Assembly: GCF_964213995.1 (NCBI RefSeq)
Contig: NC_135813.1
Coordinates: forward strand, 74,772,001 to 74,836,000
Source of the DNA: Mustelus asterias
Lineage: Eukaryota
DNA length: 64,000 nucleotides
Direction of reading: 5' to 3'
Shown here: piece by piece, positions 26,801-37,956 of the stretch
Position numbering within the stretch: position 1 is the first letter of the stretch
How the letters are laid out: the number at the start of each line of letters is the position of its first letter
Program-made: the position numbers and the translations under genes
Notes under the pieces: generated by a model
Seen by the model: the letters and a program-made list of their open reading frames with translations, nothing else
Told to the model about the DNA's origin: nothing
Database searches by the model: none

Positions 26801-29800
26801 GTCCCATACCCAGTCTCAACCATATCATTGTCTGTAAGCATTAAGTAGATGGCAGCGTATTTCTGCAGAGGAGAGTGTGTGACCCAGAGAATAGGGAACT
26901 TTTTGTGCTTAAAAACTGTCTTTTGCTAATATAAAATGGTTCATCCTGGTTTTGACTTTGTTTATATCTTCTAAGGTTTTATATTTTTCCATGTTTAGGC
27001 CTTTTAGTTAAATATTTTGTTTGCTCTTTTTTATCTTCCTACAGCATTTTCAGCGCGTTTTTCTAACTGTATTCCTTGTTGATATTCCCTTTCAAGAACT
27101 TTCTCATTATTTAGAAATAGCAGTAAAATAATAAAGCACTTGGACACTGTTACTGACCGAAAAGAAGGATAAATTAAATGCCAATGCCACAACATGCTGG
27201 AAGACCTATGCCAGTTAGTGAATGGGTTTATAGAACCTAGTAACTGGTTATATTTATTTATTCCTTTGTATTAGCTTGATTGAATCATCAGCAATCATGA
27301 CCTGTGTGCACAGTGCTATAAGTCTTGTACAATCTGAAACTTAATTTGATTTGAAGCTGTACATAAACAAACGGTTGCACCTCATGGAGTTGAACCTGCT
27401 CATCTGATTGGACAGGATGGATTCCTTCCCAATCTAATGGAATTAGCAAACCAATAACAAATATCTATAGACATCTCTTATGATTAAAATTATATGAAAG
27501 GAAAAGTTATTTCTACATCTATTTTGCAGAATATTACAGAATGTGTGTGCAATTGGAAAAATAATTTCAATATAGGTATGTGTGACGTGGTGTACTTTCA
27601 TAGCAGCAATGCGGGCCCCATACTCCTCAGATAATAAGAATGGGGTAGAGGAACAAAGAGTCCTGGGGTAAAGATGCACAGATATTGAGAAGGACCACAC
27701 AGGTTAATGAGGCCAATTAAAAAAAAATGTAAACCAAGCACTGGGGTGTATTTCTACAGGCCTAAAACTTAAAAATAGTGATGTGCCTATTTCAGACATT
27801 GGTAAGAACACACAAAAGACTGTGTACAGTTCTGGCCTCCATATTGTAAAAAGGTTATAAAGGAAGCAAAGGAGATTTATGTGCATGATGCTAGATCTGT
27901 GAGAATGTACTTTTTAGGAAACACTGAACAGACGGGCTGTTTTCTCTGGAGAAAAATGATAGAATAGTTGCAGCACAGAATTAAGCCATTATGCCCATTG
28001 TGTCTGCTGGACTCTGGAGGAGCAATTCGGCACGCATTGTCCCTGCCTCCTCCTCGTTGCCCTGTACATTCTTCCTCTTGAAATAGCAATCCAATTCTCT
28101 TTTGGATGCCTCCATCAAATCTGTCTCCACCGCACTGTCAGGCAATGCATTCCAGATGTGAACCACTCTGTGTAAAATAAAATCTTTCCACTTGTGGGGT
28201 GTCCAAAACTAGAGGTTATAAATACAAGATAATCACTTATAGATCCAGCAAGGAATTCAAGAGAAACTTCTTTACCCAAAGAGTGGTAAGATTGTGTATT
28301 ACCTCGGAGTAGTTGAAACAGGCAACATAGATGCATTTAAGGACAAGTGCATGGGGGAAAAAAGAATTGAAGTTCATGCTAACAGGATTAGAAGAAATAG
28401 GGTGAGAGAAGGCTTATGTGGAGTATAAATTATCGCATAGGCCAGTTGGATCAAATTGCTTGTTTTTGTGGCTGTATGCTTTAATATTTCAGATGGTGCA
28501 AAGGTACAGTAGTTTCTGTTATTAAATAGAAGAATAGAATCGTAGAATCCCTACAGTGCTGAAGGTGGTTATTTGGCCATCAAACCTGCACCAATGACAA
28601 TCCCACTCAGGCCCTATCCCCATGTATTTACCCTGCTAATCTCCCTGGCACTAAGGAGCAATTTAGCATGGCCAATCAACCTAACCTGCACGTCTTTGGA
28701 CTGTGGGAGGAAACCACAGCACCCGGAGGAAACCCATGCAGACACTGGGAGAATGTGCAAGCTCCACACAGACACTGACTCAAATTGAACCAAGATCCCT
28801 GGCACTGTGAGGCAGCAGTGGTAACCACTGTGCCGATTCTGTGTGCCAGTTAAACCTGAAATTGTGTGGAATAACTGCTTATCTGTAATGGAATTCAGAG
28901 TAGCAGTGTCCCTTTTCATTACCCTGTTTCTCAAACCAATGTTTTTAGTTGTATTGTTCGCTGAAATTATTTTTAACCCATGCTTTTATTTTAGTTGTAT
29001 TGTTCGCTGAAATTATCCGATTTTTTTTTTTAACCCATGCTTTTATTTTACTTGATCCAGATTAAGTTTAAGTGGGGAAGGTACCACCTTTGAACAGCAG
29101 GCATCCGGAGCTGTGTTAGACTTAATGGGAGATGAAACAGGAAATATGCAAAAACAGAAACAAATGCTGAAGTGGTAAGTATTATTTGTAATGCACTTTC
29201 ACACCATAACTGTTCGTGGGTTCAATTGAAGACTGCTACTCAGGATTTTCAAAGTAGATCTTCAATGGATGGATTTTAATCGCTTGCATATTACGTGAGT
29301 AGATCCTTCTTTTACCCAACTGCCAAAAGTTTCTACAAATGGAATATGCCTTACCATAATCTAAGTGTACAATGCTGAAAATGATTGCAAGTTAATCTGA
29401 GCTATAGGCCAAAATATTCCAAAGCATTGCACAATTGTTGGGGGCTAACACACACACTGCTAGGCTTACCAGATGATCACATGTTTTCATCACAATATTC
29501 TTCCCGTTTTGGTTGGAAAGTCAAGCAAAAGCGCCCATAATTTTCTGGTATGCCGTCTGTTGCATTTTCAATGTTCCATTCATATTTAGGATATATCGTC
29601 TGTAATAATCGCTGACATGCTTCTACCTACTTGCATGTTGAAACCTTTCACAACGACTTGGGCTTGCTTGTATATTACCTGCTTTCCATTGTGTGTGCGT
29701 GCACCCCACCTTCTTGCTTGCTGCTTTACTACCCCATTTACTGTTTCCCTCCTTCACTGTCTTTTCCAACTTGCTGTTTCCCTTCCGCTAGCTCCCTCGC

Positions 29801-32800
29801 TCAACTCTCATGCTTTCCACTTCTCCAGTTTGCAACTTCCCTCCTTGACCATCTCACTCACTGTTTCCGTTCTTGCTGCCTCTCCCAACTCGCTGCTTTC
29901 CTGTCGTCCGCCACCCCTCCAGCTTGCCACTTCCCTCCTGAACCATCCTGTTTACTGTTCCTTCCTGCTCACAGCCATTCCCAATTCGTCACTTCTCTGT
30001 CCCGGACTCTCACTGTAGGCGAGGGCTTGGGAAAGATGTCACGAGAGGGAGAGAAATGAGCTGCAAGTGGGAGGGAGCGAACATGGTAACAGTGAACAAG
30101 AGGGTCAGGGATGGAGAAAATGAGCTGGGAGGTGGTGGGGAGGGAAGAGAAAAATTATTTTTAGTTGTTAACAAACATATAGGTTTCAAAAGACATTCAG
30201 ATGTGCGCGCCAGTAGCGAAAAGCTTGTTTTGGCTGTCTTCTTAATTGCAGTTCACTGCTGACGCAATGAGGTTACTTAGAACTTCCCTGTTTTTCTTAC
30301 CTAGAAAATTCACCAAAATGATACCAGGGCCAAAATAGCGAAAGGGAGAGGAAGTAAGCAGGAAGGGTCAGAGAGTAGGAAGTGGAAAGGTTGGCAAAAT
30401 GCAGAGGTGCGAGCGGGAGGGAAATGGCAAACTGGAGGGTTGAGGAAGGGGGAAAAGCAAGCGGTAATTTGTTTTGTAGAAACCAGCATGCTCGGTAGCT
30501 GGTTATAATAAAAGTAGGGAAATGCTATTGGGGGACACCTCTAATTTACCAACCACACTATTAGAATCCACATTAAATGGGGGATGCCAGGGGGATACCT
30601 GTATCCTACTTTGAGTCCCCTTTTGCAGACAAGATAACTGGCATAGTTTAGATTTTCATAAACTTATTGAACATAGTTCTGATTAATTTCAAATTCATGA
30701 GCTGCAAACTGGTAGGAAATCCCGCATCGTCTTTTTGATTGTACGTTCGTCTTTGGTCACCGTGGTATTTTTATTGCGCTAAGCATTTTCTTTAAAATGT
30801 TGTAAATGGAAAACTTTGTATCCCCAACAGCCTTTGAAACAAAATGAATAATTGTAATGTTCAGGCAGAAGTGTTGCCTAATGACGATTTACACCAGCTC
30901 TTCTTTCCTTTTGCTTGCCCAAATTGAGGCTGTTAATCTCTGGTGAATTTCTAAATAAAAGATTTTTAATGTGCTGTTAATCTCATCTAGATAAGAATTC
31001 AATTCACATTTTTGAAATTTTGTGCAGGGACCGTAAGAAAAAACGATTTGTCAGGGACACTGGCAAAGAAAGTAAGAAAATAAAGACAGAAAGTGGACGA
31101 TACATCAATGCATCATACAAGAAAAACCTGTATCCTTTTTATCATGTTTCATTTCATTCTCTATTACTATTTGCTGGCTCTTGTTTTAACTTAAATCTGA
31201 AATAGATCAATTAATTTTGCTGTGCATTGTATTGAGATCCTCATTTAAGAGAAGTGTAACTGTGTAGTGCTTTGGTCAGGAATTAGTTGCCCAGAGGTTT
31301 GGTCAGACCCCATCTGGAATATCATATTCAGTTCAGCGCACCAAACCTCAGGAAAGCCTTGGAAAATGTATAGTGCAAATTCACCAGAATGGTACCAGAT
31401 GAAAATGGTTAAATTGCAAACAGTTTGCAAGAACTCAACTTGTATTCCCATTAGTTTAAAAGTTGAGGGGTAATTTAATCTAGATATGTAAAATAATTAA
31501 TTAATTAGATACTGAGGAACTACTTCCTCTGGTGAGAAATTCAGAACAAGGGGATATATTAAAATTAGAGCTAGGCCATGCATTTAGGAGTGAAATCAGG
31601 AACCACTTTTTTATTTATTCTTTCATGTGATATGAATGTTGCCTTCTTGAACTGCTTCAGGCCTTTGATCCAGTGACAGTGGACGGATGGTAATATAGTT
31701 CCAAGTCAGGATGGTGTGTGGCTTGGAGGGGAACTTGAAAGTGGTGGTATTCCCATGTATCTGCTGCTCTTATCCTTCAACATAGTACAGGGTGCAGGTA
31801 TGGAAGGTGCAATCAAAGAAGCCCTGGTGAGCAGCAGTAATACACCTTGCAGATGGTACAGTGCTGCCGCTGTGTCAGTTGTGGGTGAAATGAATGTGGA
31901 AGATGGATTGGATGCCAGACAGTGGACTGCTTTGCCCTGGATGTTGTCAGCTTCTTCAGCATTATTGGAGCTGCATTCATCCACGCAAGTGGACAGTATT
32001 CCATTCCATTGTAGATGGTGGACAGGCTTTGGGAAGTGAGATTAGTTACTTGCTGAAAAATTCTCAGCCTCTGACCTGCTATTTATATGGCTGGTCAAGT
32101 TCAGTTTCTGGTAAATGGTAAACCTCCCAGGTGCAAGCGTTACTTGCCTCTTATTGGCCTAAGCCTGAATGTTGTCCACATCTTGCTGCATGCAGGCACA
32201 AACTGCTTCAGGGTTTGAGGAGTTGCGAATGGTGCAACTGAGCATTAATGAGCAAGTTACTGCTGAGTAAGTGTTACTTGATAGCACTGACAATTTTTCA
32301 TTTTTGTGTAGATTGAGAGTAGACCGATGGATGGAAATTGGCCAGGTTGAATTTGTCCTGCATTTTATGAGCAGAACATATATGCGCAATTTCCCACATT
32401 GTTGGGTTGATGTACAGTGTTGTACCTGTACTAGAACAGCTTAGTTAGGGGTGTGACTTACTCTCGACAACAAGTCTTCAGTACTATTGCTGATATATTG
32501 TCAGGTTCCACAGCCTTTTCAGTATTGAGTCCCTTCAGCCATTTCCTGATATATCATGGTGTGAATTGAACGAGCAGAACACTGGCATCTGTGATGCTGG
32601 GTAGCTCAGGAGGGGGACAAGATGGATCATCCAGTCAACACGTCTGGCTGAAGATGCTTTTTTAAATAACTTAATGTGACATGGGCATAGCTGGCTAGGC
32701 CAGCAATTTTACTGCCCATCCATAATTGCCCTTGCAAGTAGTGATGAGCCTTGAATTGTTGCAGTCCATCCAGAATTGGTACTCCCACAGTGCTGTTAGG

Positions 32801-35800
32801 GAGGGAGTTCCAAGATTTGGATCCAGTTGTCTAATGTTCATCACCATTCACGACTGGATGTGGCGGGATTGCTTAGCTTGTACTGTTTCTGCTGTTGGTC
32901 TGCAGGTAATCCTGTGTAGTAGCTTCACCAGCATTTAAGTATTCACATACAGTTCTTTTGAAGGGAAATAAATTATTTGGCTCATGGGGAAAGAATAGGA
33001 GAGTGGGATTAATGGGATATCTGTACCAAAATTTGGACGTGAACTGAATGCCCCTGCTTGCTCTGTATCTTTGATTCAACTGAATATATATTTTGGCCAC
33101 TAACTAAATATATCATTGTGCCCTTTGACAGTCAAATATAACTGTTATTACAATGTAGAGAAACAACCTGGCAACTTTTAAGGTGAGGGAGAAAATGTAG
33201 AAGTTTTACAAGTGCTGGAATTTATGGCATGAGAATTTTTCTACAAACTTGAATCCAATTGAATGTTGTCTCAGCGCTTCAGAAATAATTTGCACATAAA
33301 TGAGCAGCATGACAATGTTACTGCAATCTGTGGTTTATGCTTAAAATTTCACTCATTGTTTTGAGCCAGTATGTATTCAAGATTTGATATTAAAATGGTT
33401 AAGAAAAACAATTCAAAATGTACCAGTTTCCATGACCGGCAATGTTTAGCTATGAGGAGTGGAAGAAGAAGTACAAGATTGATGAAAGAATATCTGATGA
33501 TGAAACTGAAAATGAACAAAGGAATCACAGGAAAAAAGGTCGCCGAGGTAAGGCTACTTTTTTTTATTACTAATTGTTATCTTTATGTGCCAAAGTACTA
33601 AGTTTAAAAACTAAGCACCTTGTACTAATCAAGATCATTACTGAACATATTTTATATACATTTTTTTGAAAACCATGTGGTATTAGCCCAGTAGTTTTGC
33701 TGCTGAATGTGTGTTTGGTGCAAATTTCTGTTATTATCCATGAATAGGAAGGAAAGCACTTAAGCTCATTGTTACTCCATTTCAGCAGTTCGACAATTCT
33801 TTTTGTCAAAACTGTATATTTATCTAATTTTCTTTCCACTCTTTTCGGTGTAACTGATATGCCTTTGAGTCATGTTTAATAATCCTGATTCTCACTTGTG
33901 AATGCATTTTTTGATATACGAATAAAATAGATGTGCTAACTCAAGGTTGAATTTAAGAGTGTCACAAACTCTAGAAATGGGAACAAATTATACGTGTGGT
34001 TGGGTTTGCCAACTGTAATTCGTATGTTATTCTTTCACTGGATGAGAGCACCCAATGTTTATTGTCCATCCCTAATTCCCTTTTAAAAAGTGGAGTTTCT
34101 GGTGTTGGTAGTGGGGGAATTCAGTGATGGTAATGCCATTGAATGTCAAGGAGTAATGGTTGGATTCTCTTTGGTTGACGATGGTCATTGCCAGACACAA
34201 ATGTTACTTGCCTGGAATATTGTCCTGGAGGTAACTGGTAAAGAGAACTATTTGAAGAAAATGACAAAGAAAAGGAACCTGTTCTTCATGTCCCAATGAT
34301 TTTTCTCCAGTGTTGCACACAGCAAAGCCCTGGAGTTTGATTTTCTTTTCTTGGGGGGTTGGCAACCATACATGTGTTGGAAAAGCCAGCCTAAAAACGG
34401 AGTGGAGGCAGTTGGTGTTAAATTTGAGGGACAGTTGGATATTTGATGGAATGGATAATTAGAGAGAGATAAATAGATTACTTAATCTCCTTAATTTACT
34501 TTCTGAAATTCCCATAATTATGGGAATAACTTAAAAAATGCTTGAAAAAGATGAGTGGAAAAACTATATACATCTTAAATATACCTTTAAAGAATAAGTA
34601 GATGGTGCATGTATTTTTTTCAGGAAATTTACATCTTTCAGCAATAACATGCTATATTTTCAGTGAGTCATGCATGATGTACTTTAGTTCAGTAAAAATT
34701 ATTAGGCGCTCACCTCGCATAAAACTTCTCGTGGATAGGTTGGGCTATTGTGATAGTTATCATTTTGTGTTTTGAACTAGAGAGGGGCATGCAGCATGGA
34801 AGGGTTTGGAGCAAAACGCAACAGAAAAGACCAGGCAGAAGAACAAAATGAGGGTTGAAGAGAGAACCTGCTATGTGCAGATTAGAGTGAGGTGGGATGT
34901 GCAGGAGAGTTGGGGATGGTGATGAGTGTAACACTGCATATTTGAGCACCTGAGGAATGCAGTATCACAGATGTTGCAGGAAAGAGAACACAACTTTTTA
35001 ATGCTAAGATAAAAGCAAATCACTGCGAATGCTGGAATTGGAAACAGAAAATGCTGGAAAATCTCAGCAGACCTAACAGCATCTGTGGAGAGAGAAGAGA
35101 GCTTGTTTGCCCTGTTATCTTTCCACAGATGCTGTCAGGCCTAGTGATATTTTCCAGCATTTTCTGTTTTTGTGACAACATTTTCATGTATTATAGGACA
35201 TCCAGAGAAGCAGGGACCATCCTTAAAGTGGTGGTAGTACTTAAAATTGTGATTTGTTCTGGCTTTATTCCCTTGGGTCTAACTTCCACTCAGAAGCTTG
35301 TAATTGGACCAAAATTGGTTTTACCAATTTGAAAATAGGAGTGTCTATAATGTACCAATCTTTTTTGAGTAGGACAATGCAATTGGTGTTGTCAGTATGC
35401 ATTTTCAAAAACTGTTTGATAAACTATCATGTAAGAGGTTACAGCAAAGGAAATAGTACAGTATATTAGGAAGGTGGCTGTGTGAAATTAAGGGATGGTT
35501 GCACGGCAAAATGAAACTAGTTGGACTGGAAAGATTTGTTCTACTTGGATGTGTGTAAAATTCTTGCATACGTACTGTTCGTTCTATATACAGAAATGAA
35601 TTGGATGTAACATTAGGGACCAATACTGAAAATTGCTAATAATGCCAAATTGTAGTGATGACTATTGTGAAATGCTGCAAAAGATCATACCCTGGTAAGA
35701 ATGAGAAGTTTCAGTTATGAAGAGAGGCAAGGTGGGGAGAATTTCTGGGCTCATGGAAGAAGGTGGTGCTCCGTTCTGGTAGTGGGGTCTTCTGGTCCCG

Positions 35801-36313
35801 CCGCTGTCAATGGGAGTTAACACTGATTGCACCCCACACCTCTGGGAAACCCGTGACGAGGGTGCGCCACAATTATCTGCCACAAACTGATGTTGAAGGA
35901 GATTGAATGTATTGTTTGAAGAGAGAGAAATAGCTGCTTGAACGTACTATATTGAAAGGTATAGGTAGTAAGTAGGTGGATCCAGGAGCAAAATACAAGC
36001 GCAAACATGATTGACCAAGTTGCCTGCTGCTGTAATATATTCTGTTTGTACCGTGATAAACAACATGTGTCACATTACAGGTGGAAGGGGAAACTCTAGT
36101 TCCTTCCCAAGAAAACAAGGGCAACAGCATGGAGTGCGATCAGAGCTGAAGACCAAAGCTGAAATCCTCAAAAATAGAAAGAAAAGAGAAAAGATTCAGT
36201 TCCTACAGCGGGGAGGAATGAAGAAGCTCAAGCAAAAGAATCGACAACGTGCAAGAGAAATGAAGAGCATGGCCTTCGGTAGAGGCAAAGGGAAAATGAG
36301 AAAAAGAATGTAA
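2749..36313 (+). CDS. DDX54: ATP-dependent RNA helicase DDX54 (Dbp10 orthologue), complete 20-exon gene, 2562 nt CDS / 853 aa
   Basis: All 20 exons join in phase with GT-AG ends. Motifs: Q-motif [53 protein letters not shown]10-type C-terminal WDRKKKRFV...KTESG, and terminal GKMRKRM as in human DDX54. Confidence 0.97.
3257..3540 (-). mobile_element. tRNA-derived V-SINE (HE1-like), tail type 2
   Basis: A-box tggcacaatgg and B-box ggttcgattccc on the minus strand, conserved V-domain. Confidence 0.85.
4249..4375 (+). CDS. DDX54: DDX54 exon 2
   Basis: cacag|[43 protein letters not shown]|gtacac. Confidence 0.93.
4725..5990 (-). mobile_element. CR1/HER1-like LINE 3' fragment, interrupted by a V-SINE
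   Basis: Minus-strand RT C-terminal peptides [16 protein letters not shown] and [10 protein letters not shown]. Confidence 0.85.
5000..5310 (+). mobile_element. V-SINE (HE1-like), CR1-type tail
   Basis: gtggcgcagtggttagcactgctgcctcacag...ggttcgattccc...ttctattctatg. Confidence 0.88.
7305..7375 (+). CDS. DDX54: DDX54 exon 3
   Basis: [23 protein letters not shown], ag/gt flanks. Confidence 0.95.
8667..8855 (+). CDS. DDX54: DDX54 exon 4
   Basis: [22 protein letters not shown]...[15 protein letters not shown]. Confidence 0.96.
9155..9353. mobile_element. PLE family A short fold-back insertion
   Basis: Tail atgatgtggagatgccggcgttggactggggtaaac plus inverted arms cagtaagaag...agctttc / gaaagct...cttcttactg. 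Confidence 0.85.
9692..10990 (+). mobile_element. CR1/HER1-like LINE, 5'-truncated RT region with 3' tail
   Basis: [12 protein letters not shown]...[13 protein letters not shown]...[14 protein letters not shown], then ...[10 protein letters not shown]...FFTQRVV. ctatgttcta tail. Confidence 0.93.
11060..11305 (-). mobile_element. V-SINE, tail type 2
   Basis: Same family as 3257-3540. Confidence 0.8.
11725..11774 (+). CDS. DDX54: DDX54 exon 5
   Basis: [16 protein letters not shown], gcag| ... |gtgagt. Confidence 0.94.
11878..11919 (+). CDS. DDX54: DDX54 exon 6
   Basis: [13 protein letters not shown], ttag| ... |gtaagt. Confidence 0.94.
13146..13241 (+). CDS. DDX54: DDX54 exon 7 (DEAD motif)
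   Basis: [31 protein letters not shown]. Confidence 0.96.
13315..13630 (-). mobile_element. CR1 3' end fragment
   Basis: [11 protein letters not shown]...[16 protein letters not shown] and the tail. Confidence 0.8.
13640..13950 (-). mobile_element. Deu-domain SINE (SacSINE/AmnSINE-like), degraded
   Basis: Reverse complement resembles the Deu-SINE core (...gcataaattggctgctgtggttcctaaattacaatagtgactaca...). Related remnants near 9465-9570 and 38170-38420. Confidence 0.6.
14517..14585. repeat. Degenerate (TA)n microsatellite
   Basis: AT-only run tatatacatatatgtatatattata.... Confidence 0.85.
15604..15725 (+). CDS. DDX54: DDX54 exon 8
   Basis: [40 protein letters not shown]. Confidence 0.96.
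16190..16390 (-). mobile_element. V-SINE, internally deleted
   Basis: tRNA head and V-domain on the minus strand. Confidence 0.8.
16550..16935 (-). mobile_element. Rex1/Babar-type LINE 3' end
   Basis: (TTTGA)n tail. Reverse complement of the element end at 55450-55825. Confidence 0.8.
17614..17675 (+). CDS. DDX54: DDX54 exon 9
   Basis: [20 protein letters not shown]. Confidence 0.95.
19042..19424 (-). mobile_element. PLE family A single arm with GIY-YIG C-terminus, no tail
   Basis: Minus strand [22 protein letters not shown], 3' UTR, hammerhead, AATAAA. TSD ttctttttag (19034-19043 and 19425-19434). Nested in a CR1 remnant. Confidence 0.85.
19102..19138 (-). ncRNA. Minimal hammerhead motif
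   Basis: Minus strand: cac-CTGAAGA-a-ggggc ttgca gctcc-GAAA-gc-TT-gtg. Confidence 0.65.
20128..20259 (+). CDS. DDX54: DDX54 exon 10
   Basis: [44 protein letters not shown]. Confidence 0.95.
20742..20871 (+). mobile_element. PLE-like family B 3' end, single arm
   Basis: ctCTGACGAagggtcatctagactc(--)AACGTTggctct...cagcatccgcagtattttgctttt. TSD atcaattg. Confidence 0.75.
21499..21709 (+). CDS. DDX54: DDX54 exon 11
   Basis: [28 protein letters not shown]...[33 protein letters not shown]. Confidence 0.96.
22325..22459 (+). CDS. DDX54: DDX54 exon 12
   Basis: [44 protein letters not shown]. Confidence 0.95.
22984..23290 (-). mobile_element. V-SINE, CR1-type tail
   Basis: Full-length copy on the minus strand. 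Confidence 0.85.
23692..23977 (-). mobile_element. V-SINE, tail type 2
   Basis: Near full-length copy on the minus strand. Confidence 0.85.
24222..24443 (+). CDS. DDX54: DDX54 exon 13
   Basis: [18 protein letters not shown]...[30 protein letters not shown]. Confidence 0.95.
24888..24961 (+). CDS. DDX54: DDX54 exon 14
   Basis: [24 protein letters not shown]. Confidence 0.93.
25049..25246 (+). CDS. DDX54: DDX54 exon 15
   Basis: [32 protein letters not shown]...DEDNIE. Confidence 0.93.
26235..26374 (+). CDS. DDX54: DDX54 exon 16
   Basis: [12 protein letters not shown]...[18 protein letters not shown]. Confidence 0.95.
27620..28480 (+). mobile_element. Degraded CR1 3' region with a nested opposite-strand CR1 fragment
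   Basis: gtacagttctggcctccatattg, agaaacttctttacccaaagagtgg. Minus-strand [11 protein letters not shown]. Confidence 0.6.
28530..28836 (-). mobile_element. V-SINE, CR1-type tail
   Basis: Full-length copy on the minus strand. Confidence 0.85.
29061..29174 (+). CDS. DDX54: DDX54 exon 17
   Basis: [37 protein letters not shown]. Confidence 0.95.
31028..31129 (+). CDS. DDX54: DDX54 exon 18
   Basis: [33 protein letters not shown], followed by the U12 donor GTATCCTTT. Confidence 0.95.
31130..33449 (+). other. U12-type (minor spliceosome) GT-AG intron 18 of DDX54
   Basis: 5' splice site GTATCCTTTT. Branch-like TTTCCATGAC at 33427-33436 with its A 14 nt before the AG. No polypyrimidine tract. Confidence 0.88.
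31610..32800 (-). mobile_element. Degraded non-LTR retrotransposon 3' region (CR1/L2 group); its tail resembles that of the SINE at 63420
   Basis: Minus-strand [19 protein letters not shown]. gggcatagctggctaggccagca...tgcccatcc matches the reverse complement of the 63710-63750 tail. Confidence 0.6.
33450..33547 (+). CDS. DDX54: DDX54 exon 19
   Basis: [32 protein letters not shown]|gtaagg. Confidence 0.92.
35008..35172. mobile_element. Family B short fold-back element
   Basis: aaacagaaaatgctggaaaatctcagcag...cagcatctgtgga / tccacagatgctg...ttttccagcattttctgttt plus an unpaired tail. Confidence 0.78.
36081..36313 (+). CDS. DDX54: DDX54 exon 20 (terminal coding part)
   Basis: [30 protein letters not shown]...[10 protein letters not shown]...GKMRKRM*. 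Confidence 0.96.
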
Positions 36314-36631
36314 TTCACAATCCAAAAAGGTCTCCTTATAGAACTGGACTATGTGATCTTAATGCCATACAGTAATGGTGTGCTGCAGGTTAATGTTAGC
36401 TGATGCTCATTTTGCCTCCCTTGTTACCTCTATAGGTTATTGAAGCCAGGTGACAATACCTTAAACCAGTTGAATATATTTACTTTAATGAAATGGTATA
36501 AGCTGAAACATAAAGATGGATTTTATAATGAAACTTGTTTGTAGAATACTATTCTGAAGATCACTGCCATCACTGAAATATTCCAGATAAACACCTTAGT
36601 CTGAAGACTGAAAGAATCATGCACATTTATT

Positions 36632-36637
36632 AATAAA
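36632..36637 (+). terminator. Candidate DDX54 polyadenylation signal
   Basis: First AATAAA after the stop codon, followed by T-rich sequence. Confidence 0.55.
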
Positions 36638-36863
36638 AAGGTGGCCTAGTTCAGCACAATATTTTTATTTAGTATTTTGAGTCCATTTGTAAAGTGTATA
36701 CCGTCTGTCTGTACCATATCAGCCCATTGTAAAAGACGTGAATTTTATTTTTATTTTAAACAATTTTATCACTGTTAAACTAAAATGCTATTATCCAGAT
36801 AATGAGAATTCCAGATGCTGTCATAAGCCGCACCCTGAAAAGAAATATTGCTACTCAAGTAAC

Positions 36864-37199
36864 AGCAAAATAGTGCGGATGCTGCAAGTCTGGAATAAAA
36901 ACAGAAAATGCTGGATAAGCTCAGCAGGTCTGGCAGTATCTGACAAAGGAGCATTGCTCCGAAAGCTTATGGTATTTGCTACCAAATAAACCTGTTGGAC
37001 TTTAACCTGGTGTTGTGAGACTTCTTACTGTGCTTACCCCAGTCCAACGCTGGCATCTCCACATCGTATCTGGTGAGAAACAGGGTTAAAGTTTTGGCTC
37101 TAAATAACCCTAGTAGGGTCATTTAGATCCAAACGTTAACTTCACTTCTCTGCACAAATGCTGCCAGACTTGCCAAGTTTATCCAGCATTTTCTGTTTC
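36864..37199. mobile_element. Family B fold-back element containing a nested family A insertion
   Basis: Inverted arms acagaaaatgctggataa / ttatccagcattttctgt. Confidence 0.75.
36940..37065 (+). mobile_element. PLE family A single-arm 3' end nested in a family B palindrome
   Basis: ctgacaaaggagcattgctccgaaagcttatgg...catctccacatc, flanked by the gtatctg duplication. Confidence 0.8.
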
Positions 37200-37956
37200 T
37201 ATCTTAAATAAATTGTGGATGTATAGTATGCAAATAATTCACAAACATTTTGGAACTGAACAAAACAGTAATTAAGTTGAAATTTCCTGGCGCAGTGAAG
37301 AGGGAGAATCAGAAACAGTATAAAATGAAGAATTTCTGTGGGTGGAATCTTTTGATATGAACTATATCCAATTATATAGTCAACAGAGTGTAATAATACA
37401 TACGGCTGTCTGATTAACTGGTGTGGTATGCGTAAATTAGTTACTGTCCAAAATGTCTAGACATTCATTCTCATACACTTGTGTCTGACCATCAACTCTA
37501 AATGTAAACAAGTGATTTTTTTTCCCTTTTATAGGTTATGTTAATGTTCCAATCATTAGATTACCTAAATAGTGAAATCGACCAATTTGATTTCATCATC
37601 TACCTCCAGTTTTTATGACTTTAAAACATTGGGGTAGTCTGTTGCAATATAAAGATTTTTTAAAAAATTAGTTGGAGTTAATTTTAAATCTCTTGTCCAT
37701 GGTTACCATACATGAACAAACTCCAGGAGGTGCTGGTATGTATTTTGGTATTCAGCAGATTCTCATTGTTACAGATATAGCATACATTTACGTGATCCAT
37801 TAGAACCTGTGGGGATGAAGTAGTTCTGTTTAAAGATATTGTTCTGACAAAAAAAAATCATAAGTTCCCTTTGGGAATTTGTATTGAATCTGTTGTATTT
37901 GTATGACCATTTATTTCACCTTCAGCGCATCGTAAAGCTCAGTTAGTTGCTTTTGA

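Noticed and set aside
29617-30059. Leu/Ser/Pro-rich ORFs
   Set aside because: By-product of a C/T-rich low-complexity tract.
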